Source: the human T2T-CHM13v2.0 reference genome, Homo sapiens
Length of the DNA: 64,000 bases
Reading direction: 5' to 3' (one strand)
NCBI RefSeq assembly: GCF_009914755.1
Contig: NC_060940.1
Part shown: positions 11,850 to 26,600 of the stretch, piece by piece
How positions within the stretch are numbered: the first letter of the stretch is position 1
Layout: every line of letters begins with the position of its first letter
Translations under genes and position numbers: made by a program
Notes under the pieces: model-generated
Seen by the model: the letters and a program-made list of their open reading frames with translations, nothing else
Told to the model about the DNA's origin: nothing
The model's database searches: none

Positions 11850-14800
11850 ATGATTCCACTCAAATCCATTGGATGATTCCATTCGTGTCCATTCGGTGAT
11901 TTCATTAGATTCCATTCGAGGATGATTCCATTCGATTCCATTCGATGATTCCATTCAATTCCATTCGATGATGATTCCATTCCAGTCCATATGATCATTC
12001 CATTTGATTTCATTCGATGATGATTCCATTCGATTCCATTCGATGATTCCATTCTATTCCATTCGATGATGATTCCATTCGAGTCCATTCGATGATTCCA
12101 TTCGAGTCCATTTAATGATTCCATTGAGTTCAATTCAATGATGATTACATTGGATTCCGTTCTATGATTCCCTTCAATTCCGTTCATTGACAATTTGATT
12201 CCATTCGATGATGATTCCATTTGAGTTCATTCTATGATTCTATTCGATTCTCTTCGATGGTGATTCAATTCTATTATATTGGATGATTCCATTCGATTCC
12301 ATTTGATGTTGATTCAATTCGATTCTATTCGATGATGATTCCATTGGATTTCACTTGATGATTCTATTCGATTCCATTCAATGATGATTCACTTCTCGTC
12401 CATTGGATGATTCCATTTCATTCCATTCGATGATGATTCCATTCGATTCCATTCGATGATTCCATTTGATTCCATGCGACGGTGAGCAATTCGATTCAAT
12501 TCCATGATGATTCTATTTGATTCAATTAGATGATGTTTCCATTCGAATCCATTCCATGATTATTCCATTGGAATCCATTCGGCGATGATTCCATATGAGT
12601 CAATTCAATGATGATTCCATATGGGTCCGTTCGATGATAATTCCATTTGATTTCATTCGATGCTTCTATTCTATTCCAGTCGATGATGATTCCGTTGGAG
12701 TCCATACGATGATTCCATTTGATTTCATTTGATGATGATTCCATTCGATGATGATTACATTGGATTCCATTCTATGATTCCATTCAATTCCATTCGTTGA
12801 TGATTCGATTCCATTCAATGATGATTCCATTTGAGTTCATTCGATGATTCTATTCGATTCCGTTCGATGGTGATTCAATTCTATTATATTGGATGATTCC
12901 ACTCGATTCCATTTGATGATTATTCCATTGGAGTCCACTTAGTGAATCCTTTAGATTCTACTCGACGATGATTCCATTCGAGTCCATTCGATGATACCAT
13001 TCAATTCCATTCGTTGATGCTTCCATTCAAGTGCATTCGATGATATCATTCGATTCCATTTGATGATAATTCCATTTGATTCCATGCGATGATTCTATTC
13101 GATTCCATTCAATGATAATTCCATTCAATTCAGTGATTCCTCTGGACTCCATTTGATGATGATTCCATTCAATGATTCCATTCGATTCTATTCGAAAATG
13201 ATTCCATTTGAATCCATTTGATGATGATTCCATTAGATTCCATTTGATGATTCCATTCGATTCCATTCGACGATGATTCCATTCGATTCCGTTTGATGAT
13301 TCCATTCTATTCTATTCGATGATGATTCCATTCGATTCCATTCGATGATGATTGGATTCGATTCCATTTGATGATTTCATTTGATTCCATTCGTTAATGA
13401 TTTCGATCAATTCCATTCGATGATTCCATTCGATTCCATTCGATAATGATTACATCCGAGTCCATTCGATGATTCCCTTTGAGCCTGTTCGATAATTCCA
13501 TTTGAGTCCAACCAATGATTCCATTCATTTCCATTCAATGATTCCATTCGAGTCCATTTGATCATTCCGGTAGGGTCCATTCGATGTTGATTCCATTGGA
13601 GTGCATTCGATGATTCCATTCGAGTCCATTTTAGGATTTGATTCGAGTCCTTTCGATGATTCCATTCGATTCCACTCGATGATGATTTCATTCGAGTCCA
13701 TTCGACACGTCCAATCGATTCCATTTGATGATTCCATTCGAGTCCAATTGATGATTCCATTCAATTCCATTCGATGATGATTCCGTACGATTCCATTCTG
13801 TGATGATTCCATGTGATTGCATTCAATGATGATTCCTTTCGATTGCATTCGATTATGATTCATTTCGTGTTCATTCTATGGTTCCACAGGTTTCCATTCG
13901 TGTCCATTCCATTATTCCATTCTATTCCATTTGATGATGATTCCATTCGATTCCATTCATTGGTGATTCCACTCAATTCCATTCAATGATTCCATTCCAT
14001 TTCTTTCAACAATGATTCCATTAGTTTCTAATCGATGATCCACTTGATTCCATTTGACGACGATTCCATTCTTGTCAATTCGATGATTCCATTTGATTCC
14101 ATATGATGATGATTCCATTCGATTCCATACCATGATGATTCCATTCGAGTCCATTCAATGGTGATTCCATTCAATTCCATTCGATGATTCCTTTCGATTC
14201 CATTCGATGATGATGGCATTCGATTCCTTTCAATCATTCCCTTTGATTCCATTCAAAGGTGATTTCATTCAAGTCCATTCGATAATTGCATTCGATTCCA
14301 TTCTATGATGATTCCATTCGAGTCCATTTGATGATTCCATTCAATTCAAGTCAATGATGATTCCATTCGATTCCATTCGATGATTCCATTGGATTCCATT
14401 CGATGATGATTCCATTCAAATCCATTCGATAATTCAATTCAAGTCCATTCGATGATGATTCCAATCGAATCCATTCAAAGATTCCATTCAGTTCCATTCG
14501 ATGATTCCCTTAGATTCCATTCGATGATTCCACTTGATTGCATTTACGATGATTCCATTCGATTCCATGTGATGATGCCATTCAATTCTATTCAATGATG
14601 TCTCCATTTGATTCCATTCGACCATGATTGCCTTTGATTCCATTCAATGATTCCATTCGGTTCCGTTTGATGATGATTCCGTTCGATTCCATTTGATGAT
14701 TCCATTTGATTCCATTGGATGAGTCCATTCGATTACATTCGATGATTATTCCATTCGAGTGCATTAGATGATTCCATTCGAGTCCATTCGATGATTCCAT

Positions 14801-17800
14801 TCGATTCCATTCGATGTTGATTCTGTTCAAATCCATTCGATGATTCCACTCGATTCCATTCGTTGACTCCATTTGATCCCATTCGATGATTTCCTTTGAT
14901 TCCCTTTGATGATCATTCCATTTGATTCAATTCGGTGATTTCATTTGATTCCATTCAGTGATGTTTCCATTCGACTCCATTCGATGATGATTCCATTCGA
15001 CTCCATTCGATTATGATTTCATTCAATTCCATTCGATAATGATTCCCTTCGAGTCCATTCGATGATTCCATTCGATTCCATTCAACGATGATTTGATTCG
15101 TGTCCATTCGATGATTCCATTTGATTCCACTTGATGATGATTCCATTCGAGTCCATTTGATGATTCCATTCAATTCCATACTCCGATGATTTCTTTTGAG
15201 CCCACTCAATGCTTCCACTCGATTCCATATGATGATGACTCCATTCGATGAAATTCGATGATGATTCCATTCGCTTGCTTTCGATGATGATTCCACTTGA
15301 GTCCGTTAGAAGATTCTATTCAATTACATTCCATGATGATTCCGTTCGAGTCCATTTGATGATTCCATTAGACTCCATTCGACGATGATTCCATTCGATG
15401 TTATTCGATGATTCCATTCGATCTCATTCGATGATGATTCCATTCAACTCCATTCGATGTTTCCATTCGAGTTCATTCTATTATTCCATTAGATTCCATT
15501 CGATGATGATTCCATTCGATTCCATTTGATGATTGCATTCTATTTCATTTGATGATGATTCCATTCGAGTCCACTCGATGATTCCATTCGAGTCCATTTA
15601 ATGAATCCATTGGTTTCAATTCTATGATGATTACATTGGATTCCATTCGTTGATGATTTCATTCGGTTCCATTCAATGATGATTCCATTCAATTCCTTTC
15701 AATGTTTCCATTCAATTCCATACGATGATGATTCCATTTGATTTGATTCGACAGTGAGCCATTCGATTCAATCCCATGATGATTCTATTTGATTCAATTG
15801 GTTGACATTTCCATTCGATTCCATTCGATGATGATTCCCTTTGATTCCGTTCAAAGATGATTCCATTCTAGCCCATTCAATCATTCCATTCGATTCTATT
15901 CAATGATGATTCCATTCATGTCGATTTGGTGATTCCATTTGACTTCATTTGATGATGATTCCTTTCAAGTTCATTAGATGATTCCATTCGATTCCATTTG
16001 ATGATGATCCCATTCGAGTCCATTCAGTGATTCCATTCGTTTCCATTCCATGATGATTCCATTCCTTTCCATTCAATGATTCCATTCGATTCCGTTTGAT
16101 GATGATTTCATTCGAGTCCATTTGATGATTCCATTTGATTCCATTCGATGATGATTCCATTCGAGTCCATTCGATGATTCTATTCGAATCCATTTGATGA
16201 TTTCTTTTGATTATATTTGGTGATGATTCCATTGGAGTCCATTCAATGATTCCATTCTATTCCAATCGATGATGATTCCATTAGAGTCCATTTAATGATT
16301 CCATTTGATTCCAGTCTCTGATGATTACATTCGAGTCCATACGATGATTCCACTCAATTCCATATGATGATGATTCCATTTGATTCCATTCGGTGATTCC
16401 ATTCTATTCTATTCAATGGTGATTCCATTCGAGTACATTAGATGATTCCATTCGATTCCATTCAATGATGATTCTATTTGTGTCCCTTAGATGATTCCAC
16501 ATGATTCCATTAGATGATGATACTATTTGAGCCCATCCAATGATTCCCTTCGTTTCCATTCGATGAGGATTCCATTCGATTCAATTCATTGGTGATTCTA
16601 TTCAATTCAATTCTTTGATTCCATTCCATTCCATTCGACAATGATTCCATTCGATTTCTTTCGATGATTCCACTCGATTCCACTTGACATTGATTCCATT
16701 CGATTCCATTCAATGATTCCATTTGATTCCAGTGGATGATGATTGCCATCGATTCCATTCGATCACTCCATTCTATTCCATTTGATGATGATTACATTCG
16801 ATTCCATTTGATGATTCCATCTGATTCTATTCGAGGATTCCATTTGATTCCATTCGATGATGATTCCATTCGAGTCCATTCGATGATTTCATTCGAGTAC
16901 ATCCAATGATTCCATTCGAGTCCATTTGATGATTCCATTTGATTCCATTTGAAAATGTTTCTACTAGAGTCCATTCAATGACTCCATTCGAGTCCATTCA
17001 ACAATTCCATTCGACTCCATTCGATGATTCCATTCGATTCTATTTGATGGTTCCATTCGAGTCCATTTAATCATTACAGTCGAGTCCATTTGGTGATTCC
17101 ACTGGATTTCTTTTGATAATGATACCATTCAATTACATTTGATGATGATCCCATTCAATTTCATTTGATGATGATTCCATTAGAGTCCATTCGATGATTT
17201 CATTCGAGTCCCTTCATTGATTCCATCCAATTTCATTGGATGATGACTCCATTCGAGTCCATTCGATGATTCCACTCGATTCCATTAGATGACTCCATTG
17301 GAGTCCATTTGATTGTTCCATTCGATTCCATTCGATTCCTTTCGAAGATTATTCCATTTGAGTCCATTCGATGATGATTCCATTCCATTCCATTCGATGA
17401 TTCCGTTTGATTCCATTCGATGATTCCCTTCGATTCCTTTCTTTGATGATTCCATTCCATTCCATTCAATGATTCCATTCGAATCTATTCCATGATGATT
17501 CCTTTCGATTCCATTCGCTGATGTTTCCGTTCAATTCCATTCGATGATGATTCCATTCGATTCCATTCATTGAGGATTCCATTTGATTCCATTCAATGAT
17601 GATTCCATTCTATTCCATTCAATGATTGCATTCAATTCCATTCAATGATTATCCCATTAGAGTAAACTCAACGATTCCATTCAATACCATTCGATGATGA
17701 TTCCTTTTGAGTCCATTCAATGATTTCATTCAAGTCCATTTGATGATTCCTTTCAATTACATTCTATGATGATTCCATTCGAGTCCATTCGATGATTCCA

Positions 17801-17961
17801 TTCGATTGCATTCGATGATTCCATTATATTCCAGTCAACGATGATTCCATTCGAGTCCATTCGATGATTCCATTAGAGTACATTTAATGATTGCTTTGTT
17901 TTCAATTCGAAGATGATTACATTGGATTCCATTCTATGATACCATTCGATTCCATTCAATG
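11850..17961 (+). repeat. Unit U3, full length (6,112 bp)
   Basis: Anchors 12526 to 18638 differ by 6112. Confidence 0.93.
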
Positions 17962-20900
17962 ATGATTCCACTCAAATCCATTGGATGATTCCATTCGTGT
18001 CCATTCGGTGATTTCATTAGATTCCATTCGAGGATGATTCCATTCGATTCCATTCGATGATTCCATTCAATTCCATTCGATGATGATTCCATTCCAGTCC
18101 ATATGATCATTCCATTTGATTTCATTCGATGATGATTCCATTCAATTCGATTCGACGATTCCATTCTATTCCATTCGATGATGATTCCATTCGAGTCCAT
18201 TCGATGACTCCATTCGAGTCCATTTAATGATTCCATTGGGTTCAATTCAATGATGATTACATTGGATTCCGTTCTATGATTCCATTCAATTCCGTTCATT
18301 GACAATTTGATTCCATTCGATGATGATTCCATTTGAGTTCATTCGATGATTCTATTCGATTCTCTTCGATGGTGATTCAATTCTATTATATTGGATGATT
18401 CCATTCGATTCCATTTGATGTTGATTCAATTCGATTCTATTCGATGATGATTCCATTGGATTTCACTTGATGATTCTATTCGATTCCATTCAATGATGAT
18501 TCACTTCTCGTCCATTGGATGATTCCATTTCATTCCATTCGATGATGATTCCATTCGATTCCATTCGATGATTCCATTTGATTCCATGCGACGGTGAGCA
18601 ATTCGATTCAATTCCATGATGATTCTATTTGATTCAATTAGATGATGTTTCCATTCGAATCCATTCCATGATTATTCCATTGGAATCCATTCGGCGATGA
18701 TTCCATATGAGTCAATTCAATGATGATTCCATATGGGTCCGTTCGATGATAATTCCATTTGATTTCATTCGATGCTTCTATTCTATTCCAGTCGATGATG
18801 ATTCCGTTGGAGTCCATACGATGATTCCATTTGATTTCATTTGATGATGATTCCATTCGATGATGATTACATTGGATTCCATTCTATGATTCCATTCAAT
18901 TCCATTCGTTGATGATTCGATTCCATTCAATGATGATTCCATTTGAGTTCATTCGATGATTCTATTCGATTCCGTTCGATGGTGATTCAATTCTATTATA
19001 TTGGATGATTCCACTCGATTCCATTTGATGATTATTCCATTGGAGTCCACTTAGTGAATCCTTTAGATTCTACTCGACGATGATTCCATTCGAGTCCATT
19101 CGATGATACCATTCAATTCCATTCGTTGATGCTTCCATTCAAGTGCATTCGATGATATCATTCGATTCCATTTGATGATAATTCCATTTGATTCCATGCG
19201 ATGATTCTATTCGATTCCCTTCAATGATAATTCCATTCAATTCAGTGATTCCTCTGGACTCCATTTGATGATGATTCCATTCAATGATTCCATTCGATTC
19301 TATTCGAAAATGATTCCATTTGAATCCATTTGATGATGATTCCATTAGATTCCATTTGATGATTCCATTCGATTCCATTCGACGATGATTCCATTCGATT
19401 CCGTTTGATGATTCCATTCTATTCTATTCGATGATGATTCCATTCGATTCCATTCGATGATGATTGGATTCGATTCCATTGGATGATTTCATTTGATTCC
19501 ATTCGTTAATGATTTCGATCAATTCCATTCGATGATTCCATTCGATTCCATTCGATAATGATTACATCCGAGTCCATTCGATGATTCCCTTTGAGCCTGT
19601 TCGATAATTCCATTTGAGTCCAACCAATGATTCCATTCATTTCCATTCAATGATTCCATTCGAGTCCATTTGATCATTCCGGTAGGGTCCATTCGATGTT
19701 GATTCCATTGGAGTGCATTCGATGATTCCATTCGAGTCCATTTTAGGATTTGATTCGAGTCCTTTCGATGATTCCATTCGATTCCACTCGATGATGATTT
19801 CATTCGAGTCCATTCGACACTTCCAATCGATTCCATTTGATGATTCCATTCGAGTCCAATTGATGATTCCATTCAATTCCATTCGATGATGATTCCGTAC
19901 GATTCCATTCTGTGATGATTCCATGTGATTGCATTCAATGATGATTCCTTTCGATTGCATTCGATTATGATTCATTTCGTGTTCATTCTATGGTTCCACA
20001 GGTTTCCATTCGTGTCCATTCCATTATTCCATTCTATTCCATTTGATGATGATTCCGTTCGATTCCATTCATTGGTGATTCCACTCAATTCCATTCAATG
20101 ATTCCATTCCATTTCTTTCAACAATGATTCCATTAGTTTCTAATCGATGATCCACTTGATTCCATTTGACGACGATTCCATTCTTGTCCATTCGATGATT
20201 CCATTTGATTCCATATGATGATGATTCCATTCGATTCCATACCATGATGATTCCATTCGAGTCCATTCAATGGTGATTCCATTCAATTCCATTCGATGAT
20301 TCCTTTTGATTCCATTCGATGATGATGGCATTCGATTCCTTTCAATCATTCCCTTTGATTCCATTCAAAGGTGATTTCATTCAAGTCCATTCGATAATTG
20401 CATTCGATTCCATTCTATGATGATTCCATTCGAGTCCATTTGATGATTCCATTCAATTCAAGTCAATGATGATTCCATTCGATTCCATTCGATGATTCCA
20501 TTGGATTCCATTCGATGATGATTCCATTCAAATCCATTCGATAATTCAATTCAAGTTCATTCGATGATGATTAAAATCGAATCCATTCAAAGATTCCATT
20601 CAGTTCCATTCGATGGTTCCTTAGATTCCATTCGATGATTCCACTTGATTCCATTTACGATGATTCCATTCGATTCCATGTGATGATTCCATTCAATTCT
20701 ATTCAATGATGTCTCCATTTGATTCCATTCGACCATGATTGCCTTTGATTCCATTCAATGACTCCATTCGGTTCCTTTTGATGATGATTCCGTTCGATTC
20801 CATTTCATTATTCCATTTGATTCCATTGGATGAGTCCATTCGATTACATTCGATGATTATTCCATTCGAGTGCATTAGATGATTCCATTCGAGTCCATTC

Positions 20901-23698
20901 GATGATTCCATTCGATTCCATTCGATGTTGATTCTGTTCAAATCCATTCGATGATTCCACTCGATTCCATTCGTTGACTCCATTTGATCCCATTCGATGA
21001 TTTCCTTTGATTCCCTTTGATGATCATTCCATTTGATTCAATTCGGTGATTTCATTTGATTCCATTCAGTGATGTTTCCATTCGACTCCATTCGATGATG
21101 ATTCCATTCGACTCCATTCGATTATGATTTCACTAAATTCCATTCAATAATGATTCCCTTCGAGTCCATTCGATGATTCCATTCGATTCCATTCAACGAT
21201 GATTTGATTCGTGTCCATTCGATGATTCCATTTGATTCCACTTGATGATGATTCCATTCGAGTCCATTTGATGATTCCATTCAATTCCATACTCCGATGA
21301 TTTCTTTTGAGCCCACTCAATGCTTCCACTCGATTCCATATGATGATGACTCCATTCGATGAAATTCGATGATGATTCCATTCGCTTGCTTTCGATGATG
21401 ATTCCACTTGAGTCCGTTAGAAGATTCTATTCAATTACATTCCATGACGATTCCGTTCGAGTCCATTTGATGATTCCATTAGACTCCATTCGACGATGAT
21501 TCCATTCGATGTTATTCCATGATTCCATTCGATCTCATTCGATGATGATTCCATTCAACTCCATTCGATGTTTCCATTCGAGTTCATTCTATTATTCCAT
21601 TAGATTCCATTCGATGATGATTCCATTCGATTCCATTTGATGATTGCATTCTATTTCATTTGATGATGATTCCATTCGAGTCCACTCGATGATTCCATTC
21701 GAGTCCATTTAATGAATCCATTGGTTTCAATTCTATGATGATTACATTGGATTCCATTCGTTGATGATTTCATTCGGTTCCATTCCATGATGATTCCATT
21801 CCTTTCCATTCAATGATTCCATTCGATTCCGTTTGATGATGATTTCATTCGAGTCCATTTGATGATTCCATTGGATTTCTTTCGATGATGATTCCATTCG
21901 AGTCCATTCGATGATTCTATTCGAATCCATTTGATGATTTCTTTTGATTATATTTGGTGATGATTCCATTGGAGTCCATTCAATGATTCCATTCTATTCC
22001 AATCGATGATGATTCCATTAGAGTCCATTTAATGATTCCATTTGATTCCAGTCTCTGATGATTACATTCGAGTCCATACGATGATTCCACTCAATTCCAT
22101 ATGATGATGATTCCATTTGATTCCATTCGGTGATTCCGTTCTATTCTATTCAATGGTGATTCCATTCGAGTACATTAGATGATTCCATTCGATTCCATTC
22201 ATTGATGATTCTATTTGTGTCCCTTAGATGATTCCACATGATTCCATTAGATGATGATACTATTTGAGCCCATCCAATGATTCCCTTTGATTCCATTCGA
22301 TGAGGATTCCATTCGATTCAATTCATTGGTGATTCTATTCAATTCAATTCTTTGATTCCATTCCATTCCATTCGACAATGATTCCATTCGATTTCTTTCG
22401 ATGATTCCACTCGATTCCACTTGACATTGATTCCATTCGATTCCATTCAATGATTCCATTTGATTCCAGTGGATGATGATTGCCATCGATTCCATTCGAT
22501 CACTCCATTCTATTCCATTTGATGATGATTACATTCGATTCCATTTGATGATTCCATCTGATTCTATTCGAGGATTCCATTTGATTCCATTCGATGATGA
22601 TTCCATTCGAGTCCATTCGATGATTTCATTCGAGTACATCCAATGATTCCATTCGAGTCCATTAGATGATTCCATTTGATTCCATTTGAAAATGATTCTA
22701 CTAGAGTCCATTCAATGACTCCATTCGAGTCCATTCAACAATTCCATTCGACTCCATTCGATGATTCCATTCGATTCCATTTGATGGTTCCATTCGAGTC
22801 CATTTAATCATTACAGTCGAGTCCATTTGGTGATTCCACTGGATTTCTTTTGATAATGATACCATTCAATTACATTTGATGATGATCCCATTCAATTTCA
22901 TTTGATGATGATTCCATTAGAGTCCATTCGATGATTTCATTCGAGTCCCTTCATTGATTCCATCCGATTTCATTGGATGATGACTCCATTCGAGTCCATT
23001 CGATGATTCCACTCGATTCCATTAGATGACTCCATTGGAGTCCATTTGATTGTTCCATTCGATTCCATTCGATTCCTTTCGAAGATTATTCCATTTGAGT
23101 CCATTCGATGATGATTCCATTCCATTCCATTCGATGATTCCGTTTGATTCCATTCGATGATTCCCTTCGATTCCTTTCTTTGATGATTCCATTCCATTCC
23201 ATTCAATGATTCCATTCGAATCTATTCCATGATGATTCCTTTCGATTCCATTCGCTGATGTTTCCGTTCAATTCCATTCGATGATGATTCCATTCGATTC
23301 CATTCATTGAGGATTCCATTTGATTCCATTCAATGATGATTCCATTCTATTCCATTCAATGATTGCATTCAATTCCATTCAATGATTATCCCATTAGAGT
23401 AAACTCAACGATTCCATTCAATATCATTCGATGATGATTCCTTTTGAGTCCATTCAATGATTTCATTCAAGTCCATTTGATGATTCCTTTCAATTCCATT
23501 CTATGATGATTCCATTCGAGTCCATTCGATGATTCCATTCGATTGCATTCGATGATTCCATTATATTCCATTCAACGATGATTCCATTCGAGTCCATTCC
23601 ATGATTCCATTAGAGTACATTTAATGATTGCTTTGTTTTCAATTCGAAGATGATTACATTGGATTCCATTCTATGATACCATTCGATTCCATTCAATG
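17962..23698 (+). repeat. Unit U4, short variant (5,737 bp), copy of U1 beyond its first ~250 bp
   Basis: Anchors 18638 to 24375 differ by 5737; same deletions and same divergent patch (TTAAAATCGAA, GATGGTTCCTTAG) as U1. Confidence 0.93.
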
Positions 23699-26600
23699 AT
23701 GATTCCACTCAAATCCATTGGATGATTCCATTCGTGTCCATTCGGTGATTTCATTAGATTCCATTCGAGGATGATTCCATTCGATTCCATTCGATGATTC
23801 CATTCAATTCCATTCGATGATGATTCCATTCCAGTCCATATGATCATTCCATTTGATTTCATTCGATGATGATTCCATTCGATTCCATTCGACGATTCCA
23901 TTCTATTCCATTCAATGATGATTCCATTCGAGTCCATTCGATGATTCCATTCGAGTCCATTTAATGATTCCATTGGGTTCAATTCAATGATGATTACATT
24001 GGATTCCGTTCTATGATTCCATTCAATTCCGTTCATTGACAATTTGATTCCATTCGATGATGATTCCATTTGAGTTCATTCGATGATTCTATTCGATTCT
24101 CTTCGATGGTGATTCAATTCTATTATATTGGATGATTCCATTCGATTCCATTTGATGTTGATTCAATTCGATTCTATTCGATGATGATTCCATTGGATTT
24201 CACTTGATGATTCTATTCGATTCCATTCAATGATGATTCACTTCTCGTCCATTGGATGATTCCATTTCATTCCATTCGATGATGATTCCATTCGATTCCA
24301 TTCGATGATTCCATTTGATTCCATGCGACGGTGAGCAATTCGATTCAATTCCATGATGATTCTATTTGATTCAATTAGATGATGTTTCCATTCGAATCCA
24401 TTCCATGATTATTCCATTGGAATCCATTCGGCGATGATTCCATATGAGTCAATTCAATGATGATTCCATATGGGTCCGTTCGATGATAATTCCATTTGAT
24501 TTCATTCGATGCTTCTATTCTATTCCAGTCGATGATGATTCCGTTGGAGTCCATACGATGATTCCATTTGATTTCATTTGATGATGATTCCATTCGATGA
24601 TGATTACATTGGATTCCATTCTATGATTCCATTCAATTCCATTCGTTGATGATTCGATTCCATTCAATGATGATTCCATTTGAGTTCATTCGATGATTCT
24701 ATTCGATTCCGTTCGATGGTGATTCAATTCTATTATATTGGATGATTCCACTCGATTCCATTTGATGATTATTCCATTGGAGTCCACTTAGTGAATCCTT
24801 TAGATTCTACTCGACGATGATTCCATTCGAGTCCATTCGATGATACCATTCAATTCCATTCGTTGATGCTTCCATTCAAGTGCATTCGATGATATCATTC
24901 GATTCCATTTGATGATAATTCCATTTGATTCCATGCGATGATTCTATTCGATTCCCTTCAATGATAATTCCATTCAATTCAGTGATTCCTCTGGACTCCA
25001 TTTGATGATGATTCCATTCAATGATTCCATTCGATTCTATTCGAAAATGATTCCATTTGAATCCATTTGATGATGATTCCATTAGATTCCATTTGATGAT
25101 TCCATTCGATTCCATTCGACGATGATTCCATTCGATTCCGTTTGATGATTCCATTCTATTCTATTCGATGATGATTCCATTCGATTCCATTCGATGATGA
25201 TTGGATTCGATTCCATTGGATGATTTCATTTGATTCCATTCGTTAATGATTTCGATCAATTCCATTCGATGATTCCATTCGATTCCATTCGATAATGATT
25301 ACATCCGAGTCCATTCGATGATTCCCTTTGAGCCTGTTCGATAATTCCATTTGAGTCCAACCAATGATTCCATTCATTTCCATTCAATGATTCCATTCGA
25401 GTCCATTTGATCATTCCGGTAGGGTCCATTCGATGTTGATTCCATTGGAGTGCATTCGATGATTCCATTCGAGTCCATTTTAGGATTTGATTCGAGTCCT
25501 TTCGATGATTCCATTCGATTCCACTCGATGATGATTTCATTCGAGTCCATTCGACACTTCCAATCGATTCCATTTGATGATTCCATTCGAGTCCAATTGA
25601 TGATTCCATTCAATTCCATTCGATGATGATTCCGTACGATTCCATTCTGTGATGATTCCATGTGATTGCATTCAATGATGATTCCTTTCGATTGCATTCG
25701 ATTATGATTCATTTCGTGTTCATTCTATGGTTCCACAGGTTTCCATTCGTGTCCATTCCATTATTCCATTCTATTCCATTTGATGATGATTCCGTTCGAT
25801 TCCATTCATTGGTGATTCCACTCAATTCCATTCAATGATTCCATTCCATTTCTTTCAACAATGATTCCATTAGTTTCTAATCGATGATCCACTTGATTCC
25901 ATTTGACGACGATTCCATTCTTGTCCATTCGATGATTCCATTTGATTCCATATGATGATGATTCCATTCGATTCCATACCATGATGATTCCATTCGAGTC
26001 CATTCAATGGTGATTCCATTCAATTCCATTCGATGATTCCTTTTGATTCCATTCGATGATGATGGCATTCGATTCCTTTCAATCATTCCCTTTGATTCCA
26101 TTCAAAGGTGATTTCATTCAAGTCCATTCGATAATTGCATTCGATTCCATTCTATGATGATTCCATTCGAGTCCATTTGATGATTCCATTCAATTCAAGT
26201 CAATGATGATTCCATTCGATTCCATTCGATGATTCCATTGGATTCCATTCGATGATGATTCCATTCAAATCCATTCGATAATTCAATTCAAGTCCATTCG
26301 ATGATGATTCCAATCGAATCCATTCAAAGATTCCATTCAGTTCCATTCGATGATTCCCTTAGATTCCATTCGATGATTCCACTTGATTGCATTTACGATG
26401 ATTCCATTCGATTCCATGTGATGATTCCATTCAATTCTATTCAATGATGTCTCCATTTGATTCCATTCGACCATGATTGCCTTTGATTCCATTCAATGAT
26501 TCCATTCGGTTCCGTTTGATGATGATTCCGTTCGATTCCATTTGATGATTCCATTTGATTCCATTGGATGAGTCCATTCGATTACATTCGATGATTATTC